Source of the DNA: Auanema rhodensis
Lineage: Eukaryota > Animalia > Nematoda
DNA length: 64,000 bases
Assembly (NCBI GenBank): GCA_964057225.1
Contig: OZ059896.1
Coordinates: 5,394,001 to 5,458,000, forward strand
Direction of reading: 5' to 3'
The first letter of the stretch is position 1, and every line of letters begins with the position of its first letter. The translations under genes were made by a program, and so were the position numbers. The notes beneath the pieces were generated by a model. The model had not been told where the DNA came from, did no database searches, and was given only the letters and a program-made list of their open reading frames with translations. Of the stretch, positions 30,001 to 45,002 are shown piece after piece.

Positions 30001-33000
30001 GAATTAATTTTTTCGTTGAATTACATTGTCCATCGTTTTTGCCTTGAAAAAAGGAATCTAAAAACATCTACTTTTCGCTAAATTATTTTGAAATTTTTCG
30101 AAAAAATTTTTGTCAAAATGTTTTTGGAAGCAATTTTGAGTGTACATGGAAACTCAACATACACTAATGCATCATTTTTCAAACGATCATAACTATTTTT
30201 TGTATTAAGCGTTTCTCAATGTAGTATAGTGCATTCGATGCGGATTTTTAAGCTGCGTCGATCTGTACTATCAGATTTGCGCTAGCTTGAAAATGCACCG
30301 AGATATCAACTGATATAAGTTCACACTTATATCCTCGATTTTCACCCTGAAGAATTAATTTTTTCGTTGAATAACATTGTCCATCGTTTTTGCCTCGAAA
30401 AAAGGAATCTAAAAACATCTACTTTTCGCTAAATTATTTTGAAAATTTTCGAAAAAATTTTTGTCAAAATGTTTTTGGAAGCAATTTTGAGTGTACATGG
30501 AAACTCAACATACACTAATGCATCATTTTTCAAACGATCATAACTAATTTTTGTATTAAGCGTTTCTCAATGTAGTATAGTGCATTCGATGCGGATTTTT
30601 AAGCTGCGTCGATCTGTACTATCAGATTTGCGCTAGCTTGAAAATGCACCGAGATATGAACTGATATAAGTTCACACTTATATCCTCGATTTTCACCCTG
30701 AAGAATTAATTTTTTCGTTGAATTACATTGTCCATCGTTTTTGCCTTGAAAAAAGGAATCTAAAAACATCTACTTTTCGCTAAATTATTTTGAAATTTTT
30801 CGAAAAAATTTTTGTCAAAATGTTTTTGGAAGCAATTTTGAGTGTACATGGAAACTCAACATACACTATTGCATCATTTTTCAAACGATCATAACTAATT
30901 TTTGTATTAAGCTTTTCTTAATGTAGTATAGTGCATTCGATGCGGATTTTTAAGCTGCGTCGATCTGTACTATCAGATTTGCGCTAGCTTGAAAATGCAC
31001 CGAGATATGAACTGATATAAGTTCACACTTATATCCTCGATTTTCACCCTGAAGAATTAATTTTTTCGTTGAATTACATTGTCCATCGTTTTTGCCTTGA
31101 AAAAAGGAATCTAAAAACATCTACTTTTCGCTAAATTATTTTGAAATTTTTCGAAAAAATTTTTGTCAAAATGTTTTTGGAAGCAATTTTGAGTGTACAT
31201 GGAAACTCAACATACACTAATGCATCATTTTTCAAACGATCATAACTAATTTTTGTATTAAGCGTTTCTCAATGTAGTATAGTGCATTCGATGCGGATTT
31301 TTAAGCTGCGTCGATCTGTGTTATCAGATTTCCGCTAGCTTGAAAATGCACCGAGATATCAACTGATATAAGTTCACACCTATATCCTCGATTTTCACCC
31401 TGAAGAATTAATTTTTTCGTTGAAAAACATTGTCCATCGTTTTTGCCTTGAAAAAAGGAATCTAAAAACATCTACTTTTTGCTAAATTATTTTGAAATTT
31501 TTCGGGAAAATTTTTGTCAAAATGTTTTTGGAAGCAATGTTGAGTGTACATGGAAACTCAACATACACTAATGCATCATTTTTCAAACGATCATAACTAA
31601 TTTTTGTATTAAGCTTTTCTTAATGTAGTATAGTGCATTCGATGCGGATTTTTAAGCTGCGTCGATCTGTGTTATCAGATTTGCGCTAGCTTGAAAATGC
31701 ACCGAGATATCAACTGATATAAGTTCACACCTATATCCTCGATTTTCACCCTGAAGAATTAATTTTTTCGTTGAATTACATTGTCCATCGTTTTTACCTC
31801 GAAAAAAGGAATCTAAAAACATCTACTTTTCGCTAAATTATTTCGAAATTTTTCGAAAAAATTTTTGTCAAAATGTTTTTGGAAGCAATTTTGAGTGTAC
31901 ATGGAAACTCAACATACACTATTGCATCATTTTTCAAACGATCATAACTAATTTTTGTATTAAGCTTTTCTTAATGTAGTATAGTGCATTCGATGCGGAT
32001 TTTTAAGCTGCGTCGATCTGTACTATCAGATTTGCGCTAGCTGGAAAATGCACCGAGATATCAACTGATATAAGTTCACACTTATATCCTCGATTTTCAC
32101 CCTGAAGAATTAATTTTTTCGTTGAATTACATTGTCCATCGTTTTTGCCTTGAAAAAAGGAATCTAAAAACATCTACTTTTCGCTAAATTATTTTGAAAT
32201 TTTTCGAAAAAATTTTTGTCAAAATGTTTTTGGAAGCAATTTTGAGTGTACATGGAAACTCAACATACACTAATGCATCATTTTTCAAACGATCATAACT
32301 TATTTTTGTATTAAGCGTTTCTCAATGTAGTATAGTGCATTAGATGCGGATTTTTAAGCTGCGTCGATCTGTACTATCAGATTTGCGCTAGCTTGAAAAT
32401 GCACCGAGATATCAACTGATATAAGTTCACACTTATATCCTCGATTTTCACCCTGAAGAATTAATTTTTTCGTTGAATAACATTGTCCATCGTTTTTGCC
32501 TCAAAAAAAGGAATCTAGAAACATCTACTTTTCGCTAAATTATTTTGAAATTTTTCGAAAAAATTTTTGTCAAAATGTTTTTGGAAGCAATTTTGAGTGT
32601 ACATGGAAACTCAACATACACTAATGCATCATTTTTCAAACGATCATAACTAATTTTTGTATTAAGCTTTTCTTAATGTAGTATAGTGCATTCGATGCGG
32701 ATTTTTAAGCTGCGTCGATCTGTACTATCAGATTTGCGCTAGCTGGAAAATGCACCGAGATATGAACTGATATAAGTTCACACTTATATCCTCGATTTTC
32801 ACCCTGAAGAATTAATTTTTTCGTTGAATTACATTGTCCATCGTTTTTGCCTTGAAAAAAGGAATCTAAAAACATCTACTTTTCGCTAAATTATTTTGAA
32901 ATTTTTCGAAAAAATTTTTGTCAAAATGTTTTTGGAAGCAATTTTGAGTGTACATGGAAACTCAACATACACTAATGCATCATTTTTCAAACGATCATAA

Positions 33001-36000
33001 CTTATTTTTGTATTAAGCGTTTCTCAATGTAGTATAGTGCATTAGATGCGGATTTTTAAGCTGCGTCGATCTGTACTATCAGATTTGCGCTAGCTTGAAA
33101 ATGCACCGAGATATCAACTGATATAAGTTCACACTTATATCCTCGATTTTCACCCTGAAGAATTAATTTTTTCGTTGAATAACATTGTCCATCGTTTTTG
33201 CCTCAAAAAAAGGAATCTAAAAACATCTACTTTTCGCTAAATTATTTTGAAATTTTTCGAAAAAATTTTTGTCAAAATGTTTTTGGAAGCAATTTTGAGT
33301 GTACATGGAAACTCAACATACACTAATGCATCATTTTTCAAACGATCATAACTAATTTTTGTATTAAGCGTTTCTCAATGTAGTATAGTGCATTCGATGA
33401 GGATTTTTAAGCTGCGTCGATCTGTGTTATCAGATTTCCGCTAGCTTAAAAATGCACCGAGATATCAACTGATATAAGTTCACACCTATATCCTCGATTT
33501 TCACCCTGAAGAATTAATTTTTTCGTTGAATAACATTGTCCATCGTTTTTGCCTTGAAAAAAGGAATCTAAAAACATCTACTTTTTGCTAAATTATTTTG
33601 AAATTTTTCGAAAAAATTTTTGTCAAAATGTTTTTGGAAGCAATGTTGAGTGTACATGGAAACTCAACATACACTAATGCATCATTTTTCAAACGATCAT
33701 AACTAATTTTTGTATTAAGCTTTTCTTAATGTAGTATAGTGCATTCGATGCGGATTTTTAAGCTGCGTCGATCTGTACTATCAGATTTGCGCTAGCTGGA
33801 AAATGCACCGAGATATGAACTGATATAAGTTCACACTTATATCCTCGATTTTCACCCTGAAGAATTAATTTTTTCGTTGAATTACATTGTCCATCGTTTT
33901 TGCCTTGAAAAAAGGAATCTAAAAACATCTACTTTTCGCTAAATTATTTTGAAATTTTTCGAAAAAATTTTTGTCAAAATGTTTTTGGAAGCAATTTTGA
34001 GTGTACATGGAAACTCAACATACACTAATGCATCATTTTTCAAACGATCATAACTTATTTTTGTATTAAGCGTTTCTCAATGTAGTATAGTGCATTAGAT
34101 GCGGATTTTTAAGCTGCGTCGATCTGTACTATCAGATTTGCGCTAGCTTGAAAATGCACCGAGATATCAACTGATATAAGTTCACACTTATATCCTCGAT
34201 TTTCACCCTGAAGAATTAATTTTTTCGTTGAATAACATTGTCCATCGTTTTTGCCTCAAAAAAAGGAATCTAAAAACATCTACTTTTCGCTAAATTATTT
34301 TGAAATTTTTCGAAAAAATTTTTGTCAAAATGTTTTTGGAAGCAATGTTGAGTGTACATGGAAACTCAACATACACTAATGCATCATTTTTCAAACGATC
34401 ATAACTAATTTTTGTATTAAGCTTTTCTTAATGTAGTATAGTGCATTCGATGCGGATTTTTAAGCTGCGTCGATCTGTGTTATCAGATTTCCGCTAGCTT
34501 AAAAATGCACCGAGATATCAACTGATATAAGTTCACACCTATATCCTCGATTTTCACCCTGAAGAATTAATTTTTTCGTTGAATAACATTGTCCATCGTT
34601 TTTGCCTTGAAAAAAGGAATCTAAAAACATCTACTTTTTGCTAAATTATTTTGAAATTTTTCGAAAAAATTTTTGTCAAAATGTTTTTGGAAGCAATGTT
34701 GAGTGTACATGGAAACTCAACATACACTAATGCATCATTTTTCAAACGATCATAACTAATTTTTGTATTAAGCTTTTCTTAATGTAGTATAGTGCATTCG
34801 ATGCGGACTTTTAAGCTGCGTCGATCTGTGTTATCAGATTTGCGCTAGCTTAAAAATGCACCGAGATATCAACTGATATAAGTTCACACATATATCCTCG
34901 ATTTTCACCCTGAAGAATTAATTTTTTCGTTGAATAACATTGTCCATCGTTTTTGCCTTGAAAAAAGGAATCTAAAAACATCTACTTTTTGCTAAATTAT
35001 TTTGAAATTTTTCGAAAAAATTTTTGTCAAAATGTTTTTGGAAGCAATTTTGAGTGTACATGGAAACTCAACATACACTATTGCATCATTTTTCAAACGA
35101 TCATAACTAATTTTTGTATTAAGCTTTTCTTAATGTAGTATAGTGCATTCGATGCGGATTTTTAAGCTGCGTCGATCTGTACTATCAGATTTGCGCTAGC
35201 TTGAAAATGCACCGAGATATGAACTGATATAAGTTCACACTTATATCCTCGATTTTCACCCTGAAGAATTAATTTTTTCGTTGAATAACATTGTCCATCG
35301 TTTTTGCCTTGAAAAAAGGAATCTAAAAACATCTACTTTTCGCTAAATTATTTTGAAATTTTTCGAAAAAATTTTTGTCAAAATGTTTTTGGAAGCAATG
35401 TTGAGTGTACATGGAAACTCAACATACACTAATGCATCATTTTTCAAACGATCATAACTAATTTTTGTATTAAGCTTTTCTTAATGTAGTATAGTGCATT
35501 CGATGCGGACTTTTAAGCTGCGTCGATCTGTGTTATCAGATTTGCGCTAGCTTAAAAATGCACCGAGATATCAACTGATATAAGTTCACACCTATATCCT
35601 CGATTTTCACCCTGAAGAATTAATTTTTTCGTTGAATAACATTGTCCATCGTTTTTGCCTTGAAAAAAGGAATCTAAAAACATCTACTTTTTGCTAAATT
35701 ATTTTGAAATTTTTCGAAAAAATTTTTGTCAAAATGTTTTTGGAAGCAATTTTGAGTGTACATGGAAACTCAACATACACTAATGCATCATTTTTCAAAC
35801 GATCATAACTAATTTTTGTATTAAGCTTTTCTTAATGTAGTATAGTGCATTCGATGCGGATTTTTAAGCTGCGTCGATCTGTGTTATCAGATTTGCGCTA
35901 GCTTGAAAATGCACCGAGATATCAACTGATATAAGTTCACACCTATATCCTCGATTTTCACCCTGAAGAATTAATTTTTTCGTTGAATTACATTGTCCAT

Positions 36001-39000
36001 CGTTTTTGCCTCAAAAAAAGGAATCTAAAAACATCTACTTTTCGCTAAATTATTCTGAAATTTTTCGAAAAAATTTTTGTCAAAATGTTTTTGGAAGCAA
36101 TTTTGAGTGTACATGGAAACTCAACATACACTATTGCATCATTTTTCAAACGATCATAACTAATTTTTGTATTAAGCTTTTCTTAATGTAGTATAGTGCA
36201 TTCGATGCGGATTTTTAAGCTGCGTCGATCTGTACTATCAGATTTGCGCTAGCTTGAAAATGCACCGAGATATGAACTGATATAAGTTCACACTTATATC
36301 CTCGATTTTCACCCTGAAGAATTAATTTTTTCGTTGAATTACATTGTCCATCGTTTTTGCCTTAAAAAAAGGAATCTAAAAACATCTACTTTTCGCTAAA
36401 TTATTTTGAAATTTTTCGAAAAAATTTTTGTCAAAATGTTTTTGGAAGCAATTTTGAGTGTACATGGAAACTCAACATACACTAATGCATCATTTTTCAA
36501 ACGATCATAACTAATTTTTGTATTAAGCTTTTCTTAATGTAGTATAGTGCATTCGATGCGGATTTTTAAGCTGCGTCGATCTGTGTTATCAGATTTCCGC
36601 TAGCTTAAAAATGCACCGAGATATCAACTGATATAAGTTCACACCTATATCCTCGATTTTCACCCTGAAGAATTAATTTTTTCGTTGAATAACATTGTCC
36701 ATCGTTTTTGCCTTGAAAAAAGGAATCTAAAAACATCTACTTTTTGCTAAATTATTTTGAAATTTTTCGAAAAAATTTTTGTCAAAATGTTTTTGGAAGC
36801 AATTTTGAGTGTACATGGAAACTCAACATACACTAATGCATCATTTTTCAAACGATCATAACTAATTTTTGTATTAAGCTTTTCTTAATGTAGTATAGTG
36901 CATTCGATGCGGATTTTTAAGCTGCGTCGATCTGTGTTATCAGATTTGCGCTAGCTTGAAAATGCACCGAGATATCAACTGATATAAGTTCACACCTATA
37001 TCCTCGATTTTCACCCTGAAAAATTAATTTTTTCGTTGAATTACATTGTCCATCGTTTTTGCCTCGAAAAAAGGAATCTAAAAACATCTACTTTTCGCTA
37101 AATTATTTTGAAATTTTTCGAAAAAATTTTTGTCAAAATGTTTTTGGAAGCAATTTTGAGTGTACATGGAAACTCAACATACACTATTGCATGATTTTTC
37201 AAACGATCATAACTAATTTTTGTATTAAGCTTTTCTTAATGTAGTATAGTGCATTCGATGCGGATTTTTAAGCTGCGTCGATCTGTACTATCAGATTTGC
37301 GATAGCTTGAAAATGCACCGAGATATGAACTGATATAAGTTCACACTTATATCCTCGATTTTCACCCTGAAGAATTAATTTTTTCGTTGAATTACATTGT
37401 CCATCGTTTTTGCCTTAAAAAAAGGAATCTAAAAACATCTACTTTTCGCTAAATTATTTTGAAATTTTTCGAAAAAATTTTTGTCAAAATGTTTTTGGAA
37501 GCAATTTTGAGTGTACATGGAAACTCAACATACACTAATGCATCATTTTTCAAACGATCATAACTAATTTTTGTATTAAGCGTTTCTCAATGTAGTATAG
37601 TGCATTAGATGCGGATTTTTAAGCTGCGTCGATCTGTACTATCAGATTTGCGCTAGCTTGAAAATGCACCGAGATATCAACTGATATAAGTTCACACTTA
37701 TACCCTCGATTTTCACCCTGAAGAATTAATTTTTTCGTTGAATAACATTGTCCATCGTTTTTGCCTCGAAAAAAGGAATCTAAAAACATCTACTTTTCGC
37801 TAAATTATTTTGAAATTTTTCGAAAAAATTTTTGTCAAAATGTTTTTGGAAGCAATTTTGAGTGTACATGGAAACTCAACATACACTAATGCATCATTTT
37901 TCAAACGATCATAACTAATTTTTGTATTAAGCGTTTCTCAATGTAGTATAGTGCATTCGATGAGGATTTTTAAGCTGCGTCGATCTGTGTTATCAGATTT
38001 CCGCTAGCTTAAAAATGCACCGAGATATCAACTGATATAAGTTCACACCTATATCCTCGATTTTCACCCTGAAGAATTAATTTTTTCGTTGAATAACATT
38101 GTCCATCGTTTTTGCCTTAAAAAAAGGAATCTAAAAACATCTACTTTTCGCTAAATTATTTTGAAATTTTTCGAAAAAATTTTTGTCAAAATGTTTTTGG
38201 AAGCAATTTTGAGTGTACATGGGAACTCAACATACACTAATGCATCATTTTTCAAACGATCATAACTAATTTTTGTATTAAGCGTTTCTCAATGTAGTAT
38301 AGTGCATTCGATGCGGATTTTTAAGCTGCGTCGATCTGTACTATCAGATTTGCGCTAGCTTGAAAATGCACCGAGATATCAACTGATATAAGTTCACACT
38401 TATATCCTCGATTTTCACCCTGAAGAATTAATTTTTTCGTTGAATAACATTGTCCATCGTTTTTGCCTCGAAAAAAGGAATCTAAAAACATCTACTTTTC
38501 GCTAAATTATTTTGAAATTTTTCGAAAAAATTTTTGTCAAAATGTTTTTGGAAGCAATTTTGAGTGTACATGGAAACTCAACATACACTAATGCATCATT
38601 TTTCAAACGATCATAACTAATTTTTGTATTAAGCGTTTCTCAATGTAGTATAGTGCATTCGATGAGGATTTTTAAGCTGCGTCGATCTGTGTTATCAGAT
38701 TTCCGCTAGCTTAAAAATGCACCGAGATATCAACTGATATAAGTTCACACCTATATCCTCGATTTTCACCCTGAAGAATTAATTTTTTCGTTGAATAACA
38801 TTGTCCATCGTTTTTGCCTTGAAAAAAGGAATCTAAAAACATCTACTTTTTGCTAAATTATTTTGAAATTTTTCGAAAAAATTTTTGTCAAAATGTTTTT
38901 GGAAGCAATGTTGAGTGTACATGGAAACTCAACATACACTAATGCATCATTTTTCAAACGATCATAACTTATTTTTGTATTAAGCGTTTCTCAATGTAGT

Positions 39001-42000
39001 ATAGTGCATTAGATGCGGATTTTTAAGCTGCGTCGATCTGTACTATCAGATTTGCGCTAGCTTGAAAATGCACCGAGATATCAACTGATATAAGTTCACA
39101 CTTATATTCTCGATTTTCACCCTGAAGAATTAATTTTTTCGTTGAATAACATTGTCCATCGTTTTTGCCTCGAAAAAAGGAATCTAAAAACATCTACTTT
39201 TCGCTAAATTATTTTGAAATTTTTCGAAAAAATTTTTGTCAAAATGTTTTTGGAAGCAATTTTGAGTGTACATGGGAACTCAACATACACTAATGCATCA
39301 TTTTTCAAACGATCATAACTAATTTTTGTATTAAGCGTTTCTCAATGTAGTATAGTGCATTCGATGCGGATTTTTAAGCTGCGTCGATCTGTACTATCAG
39401 ATTTGCGCTAGCTTGAAAATGCACCGAGATATCAACTGATATAAGTTCACACTTATATCCTCGATTTTCACCCTGAAGAATTAATTTTTTCGTTGAATAA
39501 CATTGTCCATCGTTTTTGCCTCAAAAAAAGGAATCTAAAAACATCTACTTTTCGCTAAATTATTTTGAAATTTTTCGAAAAAATTTTTGTCAAAATGTTT
39601 TTGGAAGCAATTTTGAGTGTACATGGAAACTCAACATACACTAATGCATCATTTTTCAAACGATCATAACTAATTTTTGTATTAAGCGTTTCTCAATGTA
39701 GTATAGTGCATTCGATGAGGATTTTTAAGCTGCGTCGATCTGTGTTATCAGATTTCCGCTAGCTTAAAAATGCACCGAGATATCAACTGATATAAGTTCA
39801 CACCTATATCCTCGATTTTCACCCTGAAGAATTAATTTTTTCGTTGAATAACATTGTCCATCGTTTTTGCCTTGAAAAAAGGAATCTAAAAACATCTACT
39901 TTTTGCTAAATTATTTTGAAATTTTTCGAAAAAAGTTTTGTCAAAATGTTTTTGGAAGCAATGTTGAGTGTACATGGAAACTCAACATACACTAATGCAT
40001 CATTTTTCAAACGATCATAACTTATTTTTGTATTAAGCGTTTCTCAATGTAGTATAGTGCATTAGATGCGGATTTTTAAGCTGCGTCGATCTGTACTATC
40101 AGATTTGCGCTAGCTTGAAAATGCACCGAGATATCAACTGATATAAGTTCACACTTATATTCTCGATTTTCACCCTGAAGAATTAATTTTTTCGTTGAAT
40201 AACATTGTCCATCGTTTTTGCCTTGAAAAAAGGAATCTAAAAACATCTACTTTTTGCTAAATTATTTTGAAATTTTTCGGGAAAATTTTTGTCAAAATGT
40301 TTTTGGAAGCAATGTTGAGTGTACATGGAAACTCAACATACACTAATGCATCATTTTTCAAACGATCATAACTAATTTTTGTATTAAGCTTTTCTTAATG
40401 TAGTATAGTGCATTCGATGCGGACTTTTAAGCTGCGTCGATCTGTGTTATCAGATTTGCGCTAGCTTAAAAATGCACCGAGATATCAACTGATATAAGTT
40501 CACACTTATATCCTCGATTTTCACCCTGAAGAATTAATTTTTTCGTTGAATAACATTGTCCATCGTTTTTGCCTTGTAAAAAGGAATCTAAAAACATCTA
40601 CTTTTTGCTAAATTATTTTGAAATTTTTCGAAAAAATTTTTGTCAAAATGTTTTTGGAAACAATTTTGAGTGTACATGGAAACTCAACATACACTAATGC
40701 ATCATTTTTCAAACGATCATAACTTATTTTTGTATTAAGCGTTTCTCAATGTAGTATAGTGCATTCGATGCGGATTTTTAAGCTGCGTCGATCTGTACTA
40801 TCAGATTTGCGCTAGCTTGAAAATGCACCGAGATATCAACTGATATAAGTTCACACCTATATCCTCGATTTTCACCCTGAAGAATTAATTTTTTCGTTGA
40901 ATTACATTGTCCATCGTTTTTGCCTCGAAAAAAGGAATCTAAAAACATCTACTTTTTGCTAAATTATTTTGAAATTTTTCGAAAAAATTTTTGTCAAAAT
41001 GTTTTTGGAAACAATTTTGAGTGTACATGGAAACTCAACATACACTAATGCATCATTTTTCAAACGATCATAACTTATTTTTGTATTAAGCGTTTCTCAA
41101 TGTAGTATAGTGCATTCGATGCGGATTTTTAAGCTGCGTCGATCTGTACTATCAGATTTGCGCTAGCTTGAAAATGCACCGAGATATCAACTGATATAAG
41201 TTCACACCTATATCCTCGATTTTCACCCTGAAGAATTAATTTTTTCGTTGAATTACATTGTCCATCGTTTTTGCCTCGAAAAAAGGAATCTAAAAACATC
41301 TACTTTTTGCTAAATTATTTTGAAATTTTTCGAAAAAATTTTTGTCAAAATGTTTTTGGAAGCAATTTTGAGTGTACATGGAAACTCAACATACACTAAT
41401 GCATCATTTTTCAAACGATCATAACTAATTTTTGTATTAAGCTTTTCTTAATGTAGTATAGTGCATTCGATGCGGATTTTTAAGCTGCGTCGATCTGTGT
41501 TATCAGATTTGCGCTAGCTTAAAAATGCACCGAGATATCAACTGATATAAGTTCACACTTATATCCTCGATTTTCACCCTGAAGAATTAATTTTTTCGTT
41601 GGATAACATTGTCCATCGTTTTTGCCTTGAAAAAAGGAATCTAAAAACATCTACTTTTTGCGAAATTATTTTGAAATTTTTCGAAAAAATTTTTGTCAAA
41701 ATGTTTTTGGAAGCAATTTTGAGTGTACATGGAAACTCAACATACACTAATGCATCATTTTTCAAACGATCATAACTTATTTTTGTATTAAGCGTTTCTC
41801 AATGTAGTATAGTGCATTCGATGCGGACTTTTAAGCTGCGTCGATCTGTGTTATCAGATTTGCGCTAGCTTAAAAATGCACCGAGATATCAACTGATATA
41901 AGTTCACACTTATATCCTCGATTTTCACCCTGAAGAATTAATTTTTTCGTTGAATAACATTGTCCATCGTTTTTGCCTTGTAAAAAGGAATCTAAAAACA

Positions 42001-44975
42001 TCTACTTTTTGCTAAATTATTTTGAAATTTTTCGAAAAAATTTTTGTCAAAATGTTTTTGGAAGCAATTTTGAGTGTACATGGAAACTCAACATACACTA
42101 ATGCATCATTTTTCAAACGATCATAACTTATTTTTGTATTAAGCGTTTCTCAATGTAGTATAGTGCATTCGATGCGGACTTTTAAGCTGCGTCGATCTGT
42201 GTTATCAGATTTCCGCTAGCTTAAAAATGCACCGAGATATCAACTGATATAAGTTCACACTTATATCCTCGATTTTCACCCTGAAGAATTAATTTTTTCG
42301 TTGGATAACATTGTCCATCGTTTTTGCCTTGAAAAAAGGAATCTAAAAACATCTACTTTTTGCGAAATTATTTTGAAATTTTTCGAAAAAATTTTTGTCA
42401 AAATGTTTTTGGAAGCAATTTTGAGTGTACATGGAAACTCAACATACACTAATGCATCATTTTTCAAACGATCATAACTTATTTTTGTATTAAGCGTTTC
42501 TCAATGTAGTATAGTGCATTCGATGCGGATTTTTAAGCTGCGTCGATCTGTACTATCAGATTTGCGCTAGCTTGAAAATGCACCGAGATATCAACTGATA
42601 TAAGTTCACACTTATATCCTCGATTTTCACCCTGAAGAATTAATTTTTTCGTTGAATAACATTGTCCATCGTTTTTGCCTCAAAAAAAGGAATCTAAAAA
42701 CATCTACTTTTCGCTAAATTATTTCGAAATTTTTCGAAAAAATTTTTGTCAAAATGTTTTTGGAAGCAATTTTGAGTGTACATGGAAACTCAACATACAC
42801 TAATGCATCATTTTCCAAACGATCATAACTAATTTTTGTGATGAGCGTTTCTCCATGTAGTATAATGCATTCGATGCGGATTTTTAAGCTGCGTCGATCT
42901 GTGTTATCAGATTTGCGCTAGCTTAAAAATGCACCGAGATATCAACTGATATAAGTTCACACTTATATCCTCGATTTTCACCCTGAAGAATTAATTTTTT
43001 CGTTGAATAACATTGTCCATCGTTTTTGCCTTGAAAAAAGGAATCTAAAAACATCTACTTTTTGCTAAATTATTTTGAAATTTTTCGAAAAAATTTTTGT
43101 CAAAATGTTTTTGGAAGCAATTTTGAGTGTACATGGAAACTCAACATACACTAATGCATCATTTTTCAAACGATCATAACTAATTTTTGTATTAAGCGTT
43201 TCTCAATGTAGTATAGTGCATTCGATGCGGACTTTTAAGCTGCGTCGATCTGTGTTATCAGATTTCCGCTAGCTTAAAAATGCACCGAGATATCAACTGA
43301 TATAAGTTCACAATTATATCCTCGATTTTCACCCTGAAGAATTAATTTTTTCGTTGGATAACATTGTCCATCGTTTTTGCCTCAAAAAAAGGAATCTAAA
43401 AACATCTACTTTTTGCGAAATTATTTTGAAATTTTTCGAAAAAATTTTGTCAATATAAGTTCACACTTATATCCTCGATTTTCACCCTGAAGAATTAATT
43501 TTTTCGTTGAATAACATTGTCCATCGTTTTTGCCTTGAAAAAAGGAATCTAAAAACATCTACTTTTTGCTAAATTATTTTGAAATTTTTCGAAAAAATTT
43601 TTGTCAAAATGTTTTTGGAAGCAATTTTGAGTGTACATGGAAACGCAACCTACACTAATGCATCATTTTTCAAACGATCATAACTAATTTTTGTATTAAG
43701 CTTTTCTTAATGTAGTATAGTGCATTCGATGCGGACTTTTAAGCTGCGTCGATCTGTGTTATCAGATTTGCGCTAGCTCAAAAATGCACCGAGATATCAA
43801 CTGATATAAGTTCACACTTATATCCTCGATTTTCACCCTGAAGAATTAATTTTTTCGTTGAATAACAATGTCCATCGTCTTTGTCTTGAAAAAAGAAATC
43901 TAAAAACATCTACTTTTTGTGAAATTATTTTGTAATTTTTCGGGAAACTTTTTGTCAAAATGTTTTTGGAAGCAATTTTGAGTGTACATGGAAACTCAAC
44001 ATACACTAATGCATCATTTTTCAAACGATCATAACTAATTTTTGTATTAAGCGTTTCTCAATGTAGTATAGTGCATTCGATGCGGACTTTTAAGCTGCGT
44101 CGATCTGTGTTATCAGATTTCCGCTAGCTTAAAAATGCACCGAGATATCAACTGATATAAGTTCACAATTATATCCTCGATTTTCACCCTGAAGAATTAA
44201 TTTTTTCGTTGGATAACATTGTCCATCGTTTTTGCCTCAAAAAAAGGAATCTAAAAACATCTACTTTTTGCGAAATTATTTTGAAATTTTTCGAAAAAAT
44301 TTTGTCAATATAAGTTCACACTTATATCCTCGATTTTCACCCTGAAGAATTAATTTTTTCGTTGAATAACATTGTCCATCGTTTTTGCCTTGAAAAAAGG
44401 AATCTAAAAACATCTACTTTTTGCTAAATTATTTTGAAATTTTTCGAAAAAATTTTTGTCAAAATGTTTTTGGAAGCAATTTTGAGTGTACATGGAAACG
44501 CAACCTACACTAATGCATCATTTTTCAAACGATCATAACTAATTTTTGTATTAAGCTTTTCTTAATGTAGTATAGTGCATTCGATGCGGACTTTTAAGCT
44601 GCGTCGATCTGTGTTATCAGATTTGCGCTAGCTCAAAAATGCACCGAGATATCAACTGATATAAGTTCACACTTATATCCTCGATTTTCACCCTGAAGAA
44701 TTAATTTTTTCGTTGAATAACAATGTCCATCGTCTTTGTCTTGAAAAAAGAAATCTAAAAACATCTACTTTTTGTGAAATTATTTTGTAATTTTTCGGGA
44801 AACTTTTTGTCAAAATGTTTTTGGAAGCAATGTTGAGTGTACATGGAAACTCAACATACACTAATGCATCATTTTTCAAACGATCATAACTAATTTTTGT
44901 ATTGAGCGTTTCTCCATGTAGTATAGTGCATTCGATGCGGATTTTTAAGCTGCGTCGATCTGTGTTATCAGATTT
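1..44975 (+). repeat. 351-bp tandem satellite array, left arm (about 127 full monomers plus two 153-bp truncated monomers); continues beyond the window start
   Basis: The same sequence recurs every 351 bp, and the ORF-track starts (3714, 5820, 6522, 7926...) differ by multiples of 351. Monomers differ at only a few recurrent positions. The array ends abruptly at ...gttatcagattt (44975). Confidence 0.99.
43095..44831 (+). repeat. 855-bp higher-order tandem duplication (351+351+153) carrying a truncated monomer
   Basis: An identical deletion junction tgtcaa|tataagttcac occurs at 43453/4 and 44308/9, 855 bp apart. Both copies share private variants (cacaattat, aaacgcaacc, gctcaaaa, tgtaatttttcgggaaac). 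ORFs 43833 and 44688 are also 855 apart. Confidence 0.93.
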
Positions 44976-45002
44976 ACTTCAACTTCTAATCAACAACCCA
45001 AC

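Noticed and set aside
3714-37244. Repeated 61-aa ORFs (MPQKKESKNIYF...)
   Set aside because: These are TTG-started translations of the 351-bp satellite, open only in monomers where two SNPs remove stops. There is no recognisable protein.
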